DNA of 64,000 nucleotides, taken from assembly GCA_010356995.1 (NCBI GenBank), contig ML996703.1, positions 186,001-250,000 of the forward strand. Direction: 5' to 3'. Of this stretch, positions 23,735 through 35,062 are shown in pieces. The DNA comes from Trichodelitschia bisporula (taxonomy: Eukaryota). Under the pieces are notes generated by a model. The model worked only from the letters and a program-made list of their open reading frames with translations. It ran no database searches and had not been told where the DNA came from. The position numbers were made by a program, and so were the translations under genes. Positions within the stretch are counted from its first letter, which is position 1. Every line of letters starts with the position of its first letter.

Positions 23735-24775
23735 CTTCTCGCGAGGTACGTTTGATGCTATGCCGCCCTTTCACAGGCCCGATTGCTAAACCCTAGACTA
23801 GTATGTAACTGATGTGCTGTCTTTCATCCGACCGATTGACGAGTTAGCATGCAATGGGTCTGCCGAGTCGGTCTCAACGGATCTAGGGATGTAGTTAGCA
23901 TGTCTCTTAGGATCTCGATGAATTGATCATGACCATGTAGCCCAAAGCTGTCTGCCGTGGTAGGTATCCAAAGTGCACTTTATCATCTACCGGCTCGTCA
24001 CGCAGTGGTCCACCGGTCGTGCCAAAGGCAATCTCTGGCGGAGGTATTGGTCGACTCAGTCGCCACGGAAAAGCCCGAATTGAGGGTCGAGGTTGAGCAG
24101 GAAGAAGCTGGAAAGGCCGATGGTACTGCCGCGGAGAAATAAAGACCAAGCATACTCAGCCTGGGCTCACAGGTAAGCTGAATGCCGTTGCGTTGATAGT
24201 TCATGTTACTCCCTAGCAAGTCCACGGAGGTACGTTCAGAATCCGAGCTGCGGACCTCATTGCCATCGCCATCTGCCCGAAGGAACTTCGTCGTCGTTGT
24301 CCAGGAGGGGTTTCTAGGGGATATACTTAGCGAAAGGTATGGGAAAGGTTGGGGGGAAGTAGTGGGCTGCCTCCGGCAGGTGACTTCAGGCTCTACCGAA
24401 GGATCCACTCGAAGACTGTCCACTGCGATCCCGCGAGATAGGAAGTCGCTGTCAGCTTTTGATTAGTATATAGAGCCGGCATCGCCCTCAAGTTTTGACT
24501 TCCAATCCGCTTCACTCAGTTGTCACGTTACCCCCGCACTCTCACATTTGTCATGGTACTCTGGCACCTGGTAGGTCCAATAGGTGGGGCCTACGTACCT
24601 TCCCTCTTGACCAAGAGAGCAGTCGCGACTGCTCATTCGGGTCTGATCCCACCTCACAGTGACAGGATATTGTGGCAGTCTTGCTACCATCCAGGGCAAA
24701 ACTTTCTTCTCTTCTCTCCAATCCCCCTTCTCACAAGAGATCGTTTAAACCCGGATCCCGCCCATACTTGACGCC

Positions 24776-24902
24776 ATGAGGAGCGTGACGCTCGACCGGT
24801 CGGACACCCTGAGCAGCGTGACGCTCGGCCGGTCAGACGCCATGAGGAGCAGGACGTGCAGCCGGTCAGACACCATGAGGAGCGTGGCGCGCGATCGGTC
24901 AA
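24776..24902 (+). repeat. 33-bp tandem repeat, about 4 copies (ATGAGGAGCGTGACGCTCGRCCGGTCAGACACC-like)
   Basis: MRSVTLDRSDT/LSSVTLGRSDA/MRSRTCSRSDT/MRSVARDRS. Confidence 0.85.
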
Positions 24903-25510
24903 GGTTGCCGGACGTGAAGGTGGAGATGAGAGTTTCGAAGGTGAAGAAGGAAAGCAGCAAGCCAGACCTCCAACACCTCAAAGCATCCGCGTGGGGTACG
25001 CTGCCTGGGATTCCGTCGTCGTTTCTCAAGCTAATCCTCTGTACAGTTGGGTTCGGGAAGGCACGCGCTCGGTACGTCCTGTCCGCATTGAAAATCGTCT
25101 TCGAGGACGTGCCACAAAGCCCAATCGATCTGGATGGTGATTTGAGCTGTTACATTTGTATGCGGCCAGCCGGGGAAGAGCCAGACCTGGACTCCCTCGT
25201 GGAGTGGCTCATATCCTCGAAGAAAGGTCTGCAAATTAAAAAGATCCTCCAGTCGAAATCCCACACCAGCCTTATCGTGGGTCTCTCCGATGAGGCTTCC
25301 AAAGTTTTGCGGGCCGTTATGGATAACTTCTCATGGCTGTGTTTCCCACAACGTGACCCACCTCCGGTCAACATCTTCCGTCAGGTTGTGGCCAGGATTC
25401 AGGCCCGGAAAGCTGTCCAACAAAACTCGAGGATCAAGAAAGAACGCGAAGAAAAGCAGCCGTCCCGAGGAACAACAGCTATGACACGTGCTCGTCAGAG
25501 TACTCACTAA
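24776..25510 (+). CDS. Orphan protein, paralog 2, with N-terminal 33-bp (11-aa) repeats
   Basis: Open frame; probable phase-1 intron 24996-25046 (GTACGC...GCTAAT...CAG). Domain CYICMRPAGEEPDLDSLVEWL...SHTSLIVGLSDEASKVLR aligns with the 26703-27115 copy. Confidence 0.65.
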   Translation: MRSVTLDRSDTLSSVTLGRSDAMRSRTCSRSDTMRSVARDRSRLPDVKVEMRVSKVKKESSKPDLQHLKASAWGTLPGIPSSFLKLILCTVGFGKARARYVLSALKIVFEDVPQSPIDLDGDLSCYICMRPAGEEPDLDSLVEWLISSKKGLQIKKILQSKSHTSLIVGLSDEASKVLRAVMDNFSWLCFPQRDPPPVNIFRQVVARIQARKAVQQNSRIKKEREEKQPSRGTTAMTRARQSTH

Positions 25511-26043
25511 CTGAGGCTTTCCTCAGCGGTTAGAACTTCCTTGTTCTCGATGTCGGTCATAACAGGTCATACTATGAGTTTGTGGTTGATCTTGAGCTGA
25601 TTGAATCCCGTCCGTTCTTCAATGGCTGTATACCCTAGTTCTAGAGCGTAATGTGAACCATTGAAGTACCATAGCCACTCCAACTTACATCTCGGCCCGC
25701 GCTCCCTACCATTGATAACGCCACCCTCCCTTTCTCTTTGCCCCCGAGATCCATGTATCGCTCCCGCCAGACCTAAGAAACCAAAAATTAAGGTATATCA
25801 GCGGATATGCCACGGGCAAGGTAAACCGTACCGGATTAAGCCATTCGTTTGTACCCAAGTGGCGATACGGACACGAAAGTCTAGAATAAGTACACAGGGC
25901 CGACCATATGCTTATGACGAATATATGACGTGCGCCAGATAAAACTTCAACCAACCTCTGCCCCCTAATAGCCCATACTGTCCCACCAGCACGAGCCCAG
26001 TCTTACACCTGCCAAACGTCCTTCCACCAACATCCAACCCTCC

Positions 26044-26132
26044 TGATGTGGTTATGGAAGGAGCATTGATGTGGCTATGGAAGGAGCGTTGATATGTCAG
26101 GAAGGCGCATTGATGTGTCGGGAAGGCGCATA
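26044..26132. repeat. Degenerate 21-23-bp tandem repeat (GGAAGGMGCATTGATGTG...), about 4 copies
   Basis: Four GGAAGG(A/C)GC units in tandem. Confidence 0.7.
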
Positions 26133-26371
26133 CTAAGGGTCGCGGTGGAATGAGCGCATGATGGAAGGCAGGTGCGAAGGAGGGTCCTTGGCATCTAGTA
26201 TTTGAGTCTCGAAAGTCTCCGACTCTCCTCCTCTCTTTGTCTTCCACCTCCATCTTCACTTCACACAGATGTTTTTGCCTATATATTGAGCTTCACTCCC
26301 ATCAAATGGTAGCTGAAGGAAGTTAAAAGATCACTACCCTCTCTTTCACCACTCTCTCTACCCGCTTCGAT

Positions 26372-27115
26372 ATAGCCCAACGGCCCACGATCAAAATATA
26401 CTCAATCGGTATAGCCTAAAGAGCTTTGGGGGTGCAGAAAGAAAACAAGGAGTCGAAGGTCAAACGCTTTGATTTATCCAAAACTGGTACGCTGGCCGAG
26501 ATTCTGTTATCATTTCTTCGAGCTGATGCTCCATAGTGGAACTCCCGCGTTCGAGTTCTCGGACCGTTCTGTCCGACTTGAAGAACATCTTCAAGGATGT
26601 GCCAGAACACTCAATCGACACGGATCACCATACGCACTGTTATATCATCGTGAGGCCTTTGGAGATTCCGTCGTCGTTTCTTCGAGCCGATCCTCTATCT
26701 AGTGGAACTCCAGCGGGCGAGTGCTCGAGCCATTCTGACCGACTTGGTCCGCATCTTCAAAGATGTGCTGGAACACGCAATCCTCACTGACAATCCTACG
26801 CGATGCTACATCATCGTGAGGCCTCTGGAGAAAGAGGCTGAGCTGGAATCCCTTATAGACTGGATTACGTTCACGAACAAGGGCCTGCATGTCGAACTCA
26901 TCATGAAGTATACAGCCTACACCAGCATTTGGCTGTATGTCTCCAGCGATGCAGCGAAAGTTCTGCGGAGTGTTGGCTTAAAATGGCTGATTTGGTTTTC
27001 GACATCTCGCCCAGTCGACATCTACCCTCGGATTGCGGCTAGTATTCGGGCCCGGAGAGCTGCGATGGTACAGAAGGGGCTGAAGAGGAAACAGGAGCAA
27101 GCACGGCAGGTTTGA
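26372..27115 (+). pseudogene. Orphan family paralog 3, 5' exon inactivated, with internal partial duplication
   Basis: Exon 26703-27115 is clearly homologous to paralog 2. Donor GTACGC at 26487. The upstream in-frame exon has ATA at 26372 where an ATG would be expected and a TAA at 26417. The intron-end/exon-start is duplicated (acceptors at 26536 and 26702). Confidence 0.6.
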
Positions 27116-30100
27116 GGTTCTGCTTGACGGATTCGAGTGTGGACTTGCGCTTCCGCCCCTACCAGATCTACGGATGTAATTCAATCGCGTCTGTTCTTCA
27201 ATGACCGTGCAACCTAGAATATGACGTCAATCGTTGTAGTCCTATGGCTGCCGTGACTTACATTTCGACCTGTGCCCATCGCCGTTGATGACACCACCCC
27301 TCCTTTCCAGACATCCTCGACCGCACTTTCTTTCGCCCCGATGTCCATGCATCGCTCCCGCCAGGCCCAAGATACTAAGACAAAGGGCATGCTGGCGCAT
27401 AGGCCGCCGTGAAGGCAAACCCGTACCCGATCAAGCCATACGAGCTCGTACCGAAGTGCCTATGCGGGTACGAAAAGTCCAGACCAAGTACACCAGGCCG
27501 ACCACATGCCGATGACAAAAATATGACGTGCCCTAGACGATACACACCCACCAACGTCTCGTCCAACAGCCCATCCTGCCCCGCCAGCACGAGGCCAGTC
27601 TCCAACCAAACGCCCCTCCACCCAACCTCCAACCCTCATCCCGCTACACCTCGCACCACAGCCGCTCAACCGCCCATCCCACCCCTCCCAACGCAGTCAG
27701 CCTGCACCGCATCGCACCGCTCGCACTCGTTCCTTGAAGCAGCAGCCGCATATGTACGCAGCACGCAGCACGCAGCACGCAAGGCCACGCACGATGCCCC
27801 CAAACCCAGCCTAGTAGCCACCCCTCCCCTCACGCAGCCTCGCCCAGCCTCAAGTCGCCACTGCTGCGCAAACCCGGCACCTGGATCTGGTGCAGATGCC
27901 CCGGCGGCATAGGGTCGGGAAGCGACGATCCGAGCAGCGCCGAGGTTCGCAGTACCGATGATGCGCGCAGGGTAGCCTGCTGATGGGGGATCTGCCGGTT
28001 TTCCTGCGCGTGGTCCTCGTGCCTGCTCGTCGGCGGGTCGGTGGAGAAGCAGACGTTGCACAGCAGCGCAGCGGCGTCGTCCTTCACGCCCGCTCCGAAG
28101 CGTGGTGTCTGAGACCCGGCGGCCGCACACGGGATGCATTCCCATTCCCCTCTCCGTTTTTCTTCTTCTGCATCTGCAGCTGGATCAAGCCTGAAGGTAG
28201 AGGCGTAGTGCGCTCTCTGAGCCTACCCCCACGCTACGCAGCCTCGCGCACACCGCGCAGTCGGGATATCCCTGCGCGGCTGAAACACCGCCAAGGATGG
28301 GCGTGTTCTTCGCGTCTTCGAGGGCGGCGTCGCGTGGCGCCGGGTGGGCGGGCGGTGCGGGAGAAGAGGGCTGGAATGATGGAAGGGTGGAAGCCTGGGG
28401 GATGGAAGCCTTCAAGGCGGAGATGATGGCGACGTCGAAGGGGTTTCTCTGGATCCAACGCCTGGCGGAATCCCCTCCGTCGCGTCCACGCCAGGCCACT
28501 GTGCTCCCTGATATCCAAGCGAAGTGCAGCAGCGGAAGTGCATAGCCTGGCATTCCGCGCTGGTGCTGACTCGCCTGCCCCTCGTCATGCCGCGCGCCGG
28601 CGATGCGGTTCGGGCGGCATCGATGCTGGCGACCGGTTGGCGAGGGCTACGTGCGTATCTCAATGGGCAAGCGATGCGAGATCGCTGCCATGCTGCGATC
28701 GCAGGCTCGCGACCCGGTTTCTAGCAAGCCCGTGGATGATGTTGGCTATAGACGGCTGCTGCGTGCTGACGCTGCACGGATGCGGAGTGTGCGTGCGGGG
28801 ACTCCACTCTGGTCAAGCTAGCTCACAGGTCAGGTCAGACTGGCTCGCCGCCGGGAGGGGCTTATGCCGTGCATTCGGAGAATTAGCATCGCGGTGGGGC
28901 TGCAAGTCCTCGCCAGAAGCGGATGGATGTGCGGTGTGCGCGGGGGACGAGAACGGGGATTGAGTTGGTTGGGCATGCGGGATCGGAAGGGTTAACGTCG
29001 GAGGAGGGCATGGGCATGGGATGGCGACGAAAATAGGCGGCTTGGGTTGTGCAATGGCTTCGGCTGGTTGTGCTGGGATGCTGCATCTTGCTGGAGCTGG
29101 GGGCGAGGGCGAGCACGGCTGGTCTGGCTGTGGATGGATATCGACGACTCTGCTTCTTCAGCTCTGTGAGCGCAATCACGCCGCGTCCATCGAACCCCCG
29201 CATTCAGCGAGCGGACGTCACATCGTCAACCCGCTTCATCCTCCGTAAACACAGACAACGGCATCGCATTGGCCGCATCACCAACCAACCACCACCTCAA
29301 TCACACACTCCCCGCAGACCCCACCAACGGGCAACCCACCCCCCCGCGCCACGCACGCTATATCGAAACGGCCGTCTCAGCTGCCCATCGCCGCTCTGCC
29401 AATGGGACACCGCGGCTGGAACATCACGTCTATCCATCCAAAGACGACGAGCATCGCGGGGGCGTGGCATAGGGCTGGATGGGCCGTGACGACCACGAAC
29501 GTGCCGCGTATCCCGGCGCGCGGATCCGGATTGGGCGAGTGCGGATTGCGTTCGCAGCTTGGCACGCATAGGCTGGGGTCGCGATAGCAGCGAACTGACT
29601 CTCGCCGCGGCACCGTGCCAGCAAGTTGGCTTCCGTGCTGGGAGACTAGGCGTGGTTTAAGGGCTGGACAGGAAATTCATGGCCGCCCTGGCGGGGGGTG
29701 TGTGGGGAGAGGGTCGGTTGTGACTTTTTTGGACGAGCCTGGGTCGGGTACCTGCCCGAGGCCGGGTGCATCCCGGGCGCTGCGTCGCCGACCCGCTGCG
29801 CTGGCGCCGGTCAGGTACCCGAGTCAGCACGGGCGGGCGGCGTGTCGCGGATAGATTGAGGCGGAAGCGGAGTGGCGAGAGGAATGCTGCAGAGGACCGA
29901 GTGGATGATGCAAGGGCAAGCGGCGCGTGGTGAGGGAGGGAATGGGAGGGGCGTGTAGTGTTTTGCTTTCCTCTCTTGATGCCGTGCGAGGAGCCCGCAG
30001 AGTGCGCACTCAGCGCGCTTGCAGAGACAAGTGGCCATTGGCCTGGGCCTGTGGGCCGGCCCCTGGCGGCGTGCGCAGGGCCAAGAGGACGGGCTGCTCG

Positions 30101-30450
30101 TCATGCCGGCCGATGCATGCTGCGAGAGAGCGCACCGAGGTGCAGATGGAGGTGTGCCCCGAGAGAGCGCGTCGGGCCAATTGCCGTGGTTTTGGTCGCG
30201 TTTCTTCTTTTGGGGACTGGGAGGAAGACGGGGGGAGCTGGTTGCTATGGGCTTGGATGTGCTTGGACGGGGGGAAGGGTTGGGATGGTGGGTGGATGGC
30301 CGAGGTGTCACGGCAGGTAGCCGGTTGTCTCCCTCTCGTCTCTCTCGCTCTCTCTCTTTCTTTGCGCGTGTAACGATGGATTGGCAGGGCCCGAGAGTGT
30401 GGGTTTGGTGGGTTTGTTTTGGAAGGGGGAGGTGGAGGTTTGTGGGAGGA

Positions 30451-30483
30451 TGGTGGTGGTGGTGGTGGTGGTGGTGGTGGTGG
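30451..30483. repeat. (TGG)11 microsatellite
   Basis: Direct reading. Confidence 0.95.
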
Positions 30484-31037
30484 TGAGTGTTGGTGTTTGA
30501 TGTCTGATCTTTGATCATCCTCCTACACATGGACGCTGGCGATGATCATCATAGGGAGCAGCAGGTAACAGCGGTTTGTCGATCAGACAAGTGTTCTGGA
30601 CGGAAATATCCCCGGATGGTGATGCCCGCAATAATGCACCGGCACTTGTGCAAGACGGGCAAGAATCTCGCGCAACACTCGACCAAGAAGTCAAGAAGAT
30701 GCCAATATTCTACACTACTCCTCTCCCTCCTGGGGGCTCCCCTGACGATGTATAGAGCAACTTCGATCTAAGGGCCATCCCACCTGTTGGATCATGATGT
30801 GCATGGGGAGGGTGGTAATTGTACAAGACAAGGCTTTCCATTGCTCCATTCATGCCACTCCATTGATCCATCGCATCGTTTGCTCCCACGGCTCCATAGC
30901 ACCAAGTTACTCAAGCCACTCTATGACGCCTGATGCATGTAACCGTCGGGCAAAGAAGGTCGTGAACATGAGAATATTCTATATGTGCGGGGGTCGTCGC
31001 TGTTGATTTTGTTTGATCTGTCCAGGCTTCTCTCTCG

Positions 31038-31040
<3 letters not shown>

Positions 31041-31076
<36 letters not shown>
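31041..31076. repeat. (TC)18 microsatellite
   Basis: Direct reading. Confidence 0.95.
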
Positions 31077-31082
<6 letters not shown>

Positions 31083-31432
31083 TCTTGTTGTTCTTCATCT
31101 CTCATAAAAGTCCATCGTGAACTTTAAACCCTGTCCATTCTACCCCCACCCTCACTCTCTCTTTATTCCCTCCCTCCTTCCCTCTCTCCTCTCTCCACCG
31201 CCATACGGAGGTAGTCACCGTTAGCAATTCACCACCACCAACCACACATCACCACCATCACCTCCGCCTCCTCCTCCTCACCATCCCCCACCAATCCATC
31301 CACACCAAACCCCACTCTTCTCCCTACTCCTACATACACTAGTACCTGCACACTAGCCGCCCATCAACACCGTCGTCCACCGCCTATCCCCGTCGTCTAA
31401 TTCATAATACTACTTTACCCCCACTTCCCATC

Positions 31433-33222
31433 ATGAAGTATCAACATCAACAACCACAACTCTCGGCCGCCGAGTTCACCCAATTGCCAGATTGCATCCA
31501 GTGAGTTTGCTCTGCTTAGTTGCTATTCGTCCCTCCTTCTCTCTGCATCACACCCCGACTCGCGCGCCGAGGCTTGCATAATATGCATGCGCCGGATCCA
31601 TGAACTACTGTTGCTTGATATTGCACTTGCACTCTCCGCCCCCCGGTCATAGGCTACGCTCGTGCACTGGCTGCTGCACAGGCAATCCTGCTGCGAAGCT
31701 GCACCGTCCTGCACCCACCAAAACGCTGCACCAACGCCCCATGAAAAAGAGAGAAAACACTTAGCTAACCCCGCCCGCTCCTTCCCCCAGGCGAAAGTGT
31801 TTCTCCTCCCTCGAACGTCTCCAAATCACCCAAACCGCCGTCGAAGAGCTGTACTCCACGACACCGCGCACGCCTCGCAACCCACGCACCCGGCCCCCCT
31901 CGCTCCTCCTCCCCTCGCGATCTACAACGCTCAAACGCCGCCGCCGCGACTCCCCTCCCGCCCGCAACGCAAACTCCTTCGAAGAAACCCTCGCCGCCGC
32001 CGCCGAAGCCAGATGGTACTGTTCGCTCCCCGATAAAGTCCGCCGGTCGCACTTCTCCCCCGCCGAGCAATTCGTCCTCACGTCTCGCCTGCACAACGGC
32101 TACGCGTCTACGGTCGCCTCGTCCTCCGCTACCAGCGAGCCCGAGCCCGAGCCCAAGCACCGCCGCCTCGAGCGCGCCGCTTCTTACGCCACGACCGAGT
32201 CCCTGTCCGCGACGTTCTACAGCGACGACGACGAAGACGGCCCGTCCCCTTCCACCTCCTCCTTCCCCGCGATGAATTGCTTCGACGACGCGCCCCCGCG
32301 CGCTCACCGCTCCCGCGCCTCCTCCCTCCGCCGCACCCTCAGCATCTCGCGGTCCGCTCCCAACCCCTTCCGGCGCTCGACCTCCTCCTCGAACCCCGTT
32401 GCTCCGGCCATTACAGGCCCCATATCCCCCCTCTTCACCTCCCACCGACACAGCCGCTCCTTCGCCGGCATCGCGCCCCGCCCAAGCACAGAAAGCAGCT
32501 CACGCGCCTTCGATGCCGCTGCACTGTACTACCAGGACCCACAAGCGCGGCAAAAGCTCCGCGCCTACCTCGCCTCGCCGGCGAAATTCGACGAAGCCGT
32601 CGAATTCGGCTTCCCGTCGCAGCAGACGTCCGACCCCGCCGCCGACGTAGCGCACGTCCCCCGCCCCCCCGCTAGCACGAGCAACAACGACGCGCAGACC
32701 TTCCTCAAAGATGACACGATCTCGTTTCTGGATAGGTGGGACGCAGCCAGCACCGATTCCCGCTCGGATGACGGTAGCATCTTCGGCGAGAGCCCCGTCA
32801 CGCCCGCCGATGCGCCTAGCTCCTTCGGCGCCGGCGTCGCGAGCATTTTCTCGGCTCTGGACGCGGATGATACTCCGGCGCTCGACCTCATCGATCTCAA
32901 GGCCGCGCCTGATGCGCACGCCGCGCAGCCCGCTGGCATGCTGGATCCGCTTGCGTTGTCTGGGCGTGAAATGACGCTGCGCATGACGCTGACGCGCCCT
33001 GAGCTGCGTGCTGCCGAGGACGAGGTGTATACGTGGCAGACGAGGCGGTCGACGAGTGCGGGCGCGCCCCCGCTTACGTGGGGCGAGGATGATCCGCTCG
33101 CTTTGGAGGAACTGGCAACCAGCGAGGATGTCACTGGGTTACAGGGGGCGTTTGCGGTACGAGGGGGTGGTGCAAGGCGGAGTGGGATTTTCCTACGCAA
33201 GATTTTTGGGCTGCGGAGATAG
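31433..33222 (+). CDS. Conserved fungal hypothetical protein (mostly disordered; family often loosely annotated 'mucin')
   Basis: Exon 31433-31500, 290-nt intron 31501-31790 (GTGAGT...CTAAC...CAG), giving LSAAEFTQLPDCIQRKCFSSLERL. Recognised blocks YYQDPQARQKLRAYLASPAKFDEAVEFGFPS and REMTLRMTLTRPELR. Confidence 0.8.
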
Positions 33223-35062
33223 GGGGCTTTGCATTTTTTTTCGGCTTGTATCGTTGTACATTTAGCGGGCGTTTTTTGATCTTCATATCTTTTTTCCTTG
33301 GTTGTACGCTTGATATCCCCGGATCTTTATGATTGCTACTATCTACTTTGCTGCCGCGGGGTGGCTAGAACTAAAATTTCTTTGCTACATGATGGGTGGG
33401 GGGTGGGGGGAGGGCTCTTTGCTGTAGTATATTCTTTTAGTGGATGAGTGGAATGAGATGGGAACTTGAGACTTTGACAGCCATGGCGTATTTTTGCCAA
33501 CACGATGTGCGTGTAGCCGTGACACTTGAGCGCCGTTATACAGAGACGATGGTTCCTGATGTCTTACGTTCCTTTACCCCTGCTTCTGGAGGCTACGTCA
33601 CGGAGGGGTTGTGCTACGAGCGCGTTTCGGGATACGGGTGGGAGAAAGGTGTGAGGGAACTGTGGCCAGTTTGCGCTTCTGATGGATCGTTGTGTTCCCG
33701 CGGGCTTGATGGCACGTTTCTGGGGCACCGTGGCGTGGGATCGCGAGGCATGGCAGGGCAAGGCTGGATCACGTGTGCTGCATTCCGGACGACATCCAAG
33801 GTAATGGGCGGGGATTGAGGGCTATGGGACTGTCAGGCTGGTGGTTCGGTGTTTTTGGGCTTATGATCGGACTGTAGGATCTGTCAGAGCAAAGCTGGGG
33901 AGCATGTTCTCTTACTAGATCACCGTTGGAGGTTGGCGGGACAAGAGGCTGCCGGAGAGATGTTCCACCAGGCACTTCTCCGGCTAGCGACAAAGGTGAT
34001 TCAACGATGACACCTGCTTCTACCTTCAGTCACGCAGATAGTATAGCATGCAAAAGCACCCAATCTCAGGCTGCATGTCCGGTCTCGATGACCAGGTCGT
34101 CGCGGGGTGGGGCATGAGGCTGTCGGAGGACGTTCCGCCAGCCCCATGTACAGCCACGCCTCGGTCCAGCGAAGATAGATCAGCTGGGATGCCTGAGTGC
34201 CATGTTCAATAAGTTATGCAGTTGGGGTAACGCACAGAGCGCCCGATCTCAACGGCCAGACACCGAGGCCGTGCGGAGAGACCGCAGATGTGGACTCCAG
34301 GCCAAGAGTGACATACATTGGCAAGACCTGCGGGCGGGAAGGAGGCGGGATGTTGAATGTGAGCGGAGGGGGGTCCGGAGGGCACATGGTGCTTCCTGGG
34401 CGATGTTGGGGGTACCGTATGGACGACCTCTTGGGGGCTTGGCTGGGAAATGGTCAAAGAACGGGGGATCTTGGCTGGGGGATGCATGAAGTGGGGATCT
34501 TGGCCGCCTACCGCGTGGGGCCGCGGGTGCTGGGAGGTCGCTGGGAGGTGAGGAGGCGCTGGTGACGATAAGCGGACGGGGGGTCCGGGTGCCATTGGAA
34601 GTTGTGAACCGTGGGAGAGCCAACGACAGGCAGCGGGGCCAGGAGCGGGGCCGGGAGCGTGGATCCTTCCGTGAGAGAGGCCATTGGCAAGGCGAGGCGA
34701 CCGGTTAGGTTTGGCGAGTTGTGGGGATAGATTTGGAGGGATATAAGCTTGGACCTTGGGTTTTGGACGATGAATCTTGGCTCATATCCGGGTTTGAGGA
34801 CGGGGAGCTTGGCTGGTGGTTTGAGGAGCGGAGAGGAGCGGAGATGATTCCTGGGGATGCTGCTGGGGATGCTTGTGTTGAGGGGAGTTGGGGTATGGTG
34901 CTACCGTAGAAGTTGGCCCGGTGCTCGGCTGCCAGTGTCCGCTGCGGTACTTCCTCCACGCTGAGTTAGCTTAAAGGAGCTATCACAGTCTCGCAACGGG
35001 AACCCACGATACTCTCCCGTCTCCCGCTTGAAGCGAACGGCGGAGTCCGGTCAGCAGAGGGG

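Larger units (their letters stand above)
25611..27640. repeat. Diverged direct duplication of about 430-450 bp (25611-26043 vs 27190-27640), downstream of paralogs 2 and 3
   Basis: Shared blocks e.g. GTTCTTCAATG, CATGYATCGCTCCCGCCAG, GGCCGACCAYATGC, ATATGACGTGC, CCAGCACGAGSCCAGTCT. Confidence 0.85.

Noticed and set aside
23907..24423. Minus-strand ORFs between paralogs 1 and 2 as a partner (antidote) gene
   Set aside because: Low-complexity translation with no counterpart in the other repeat units.
11325..27640. Starship or other giant transposon carrying the NLR and orphan genes
   Set aside because: No DUF3435 tyrosine recombinase, transposase, terminal repeats or target-site duplication seen, and core-type SDR and glyoxalase genes interrupt the block.
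29811..30530. Poly-His ORF, and the opposite-strand poly-Trp ORF
   Set aside because: Both are products of the (TGG)n microsatellite, with no domain or splice support.
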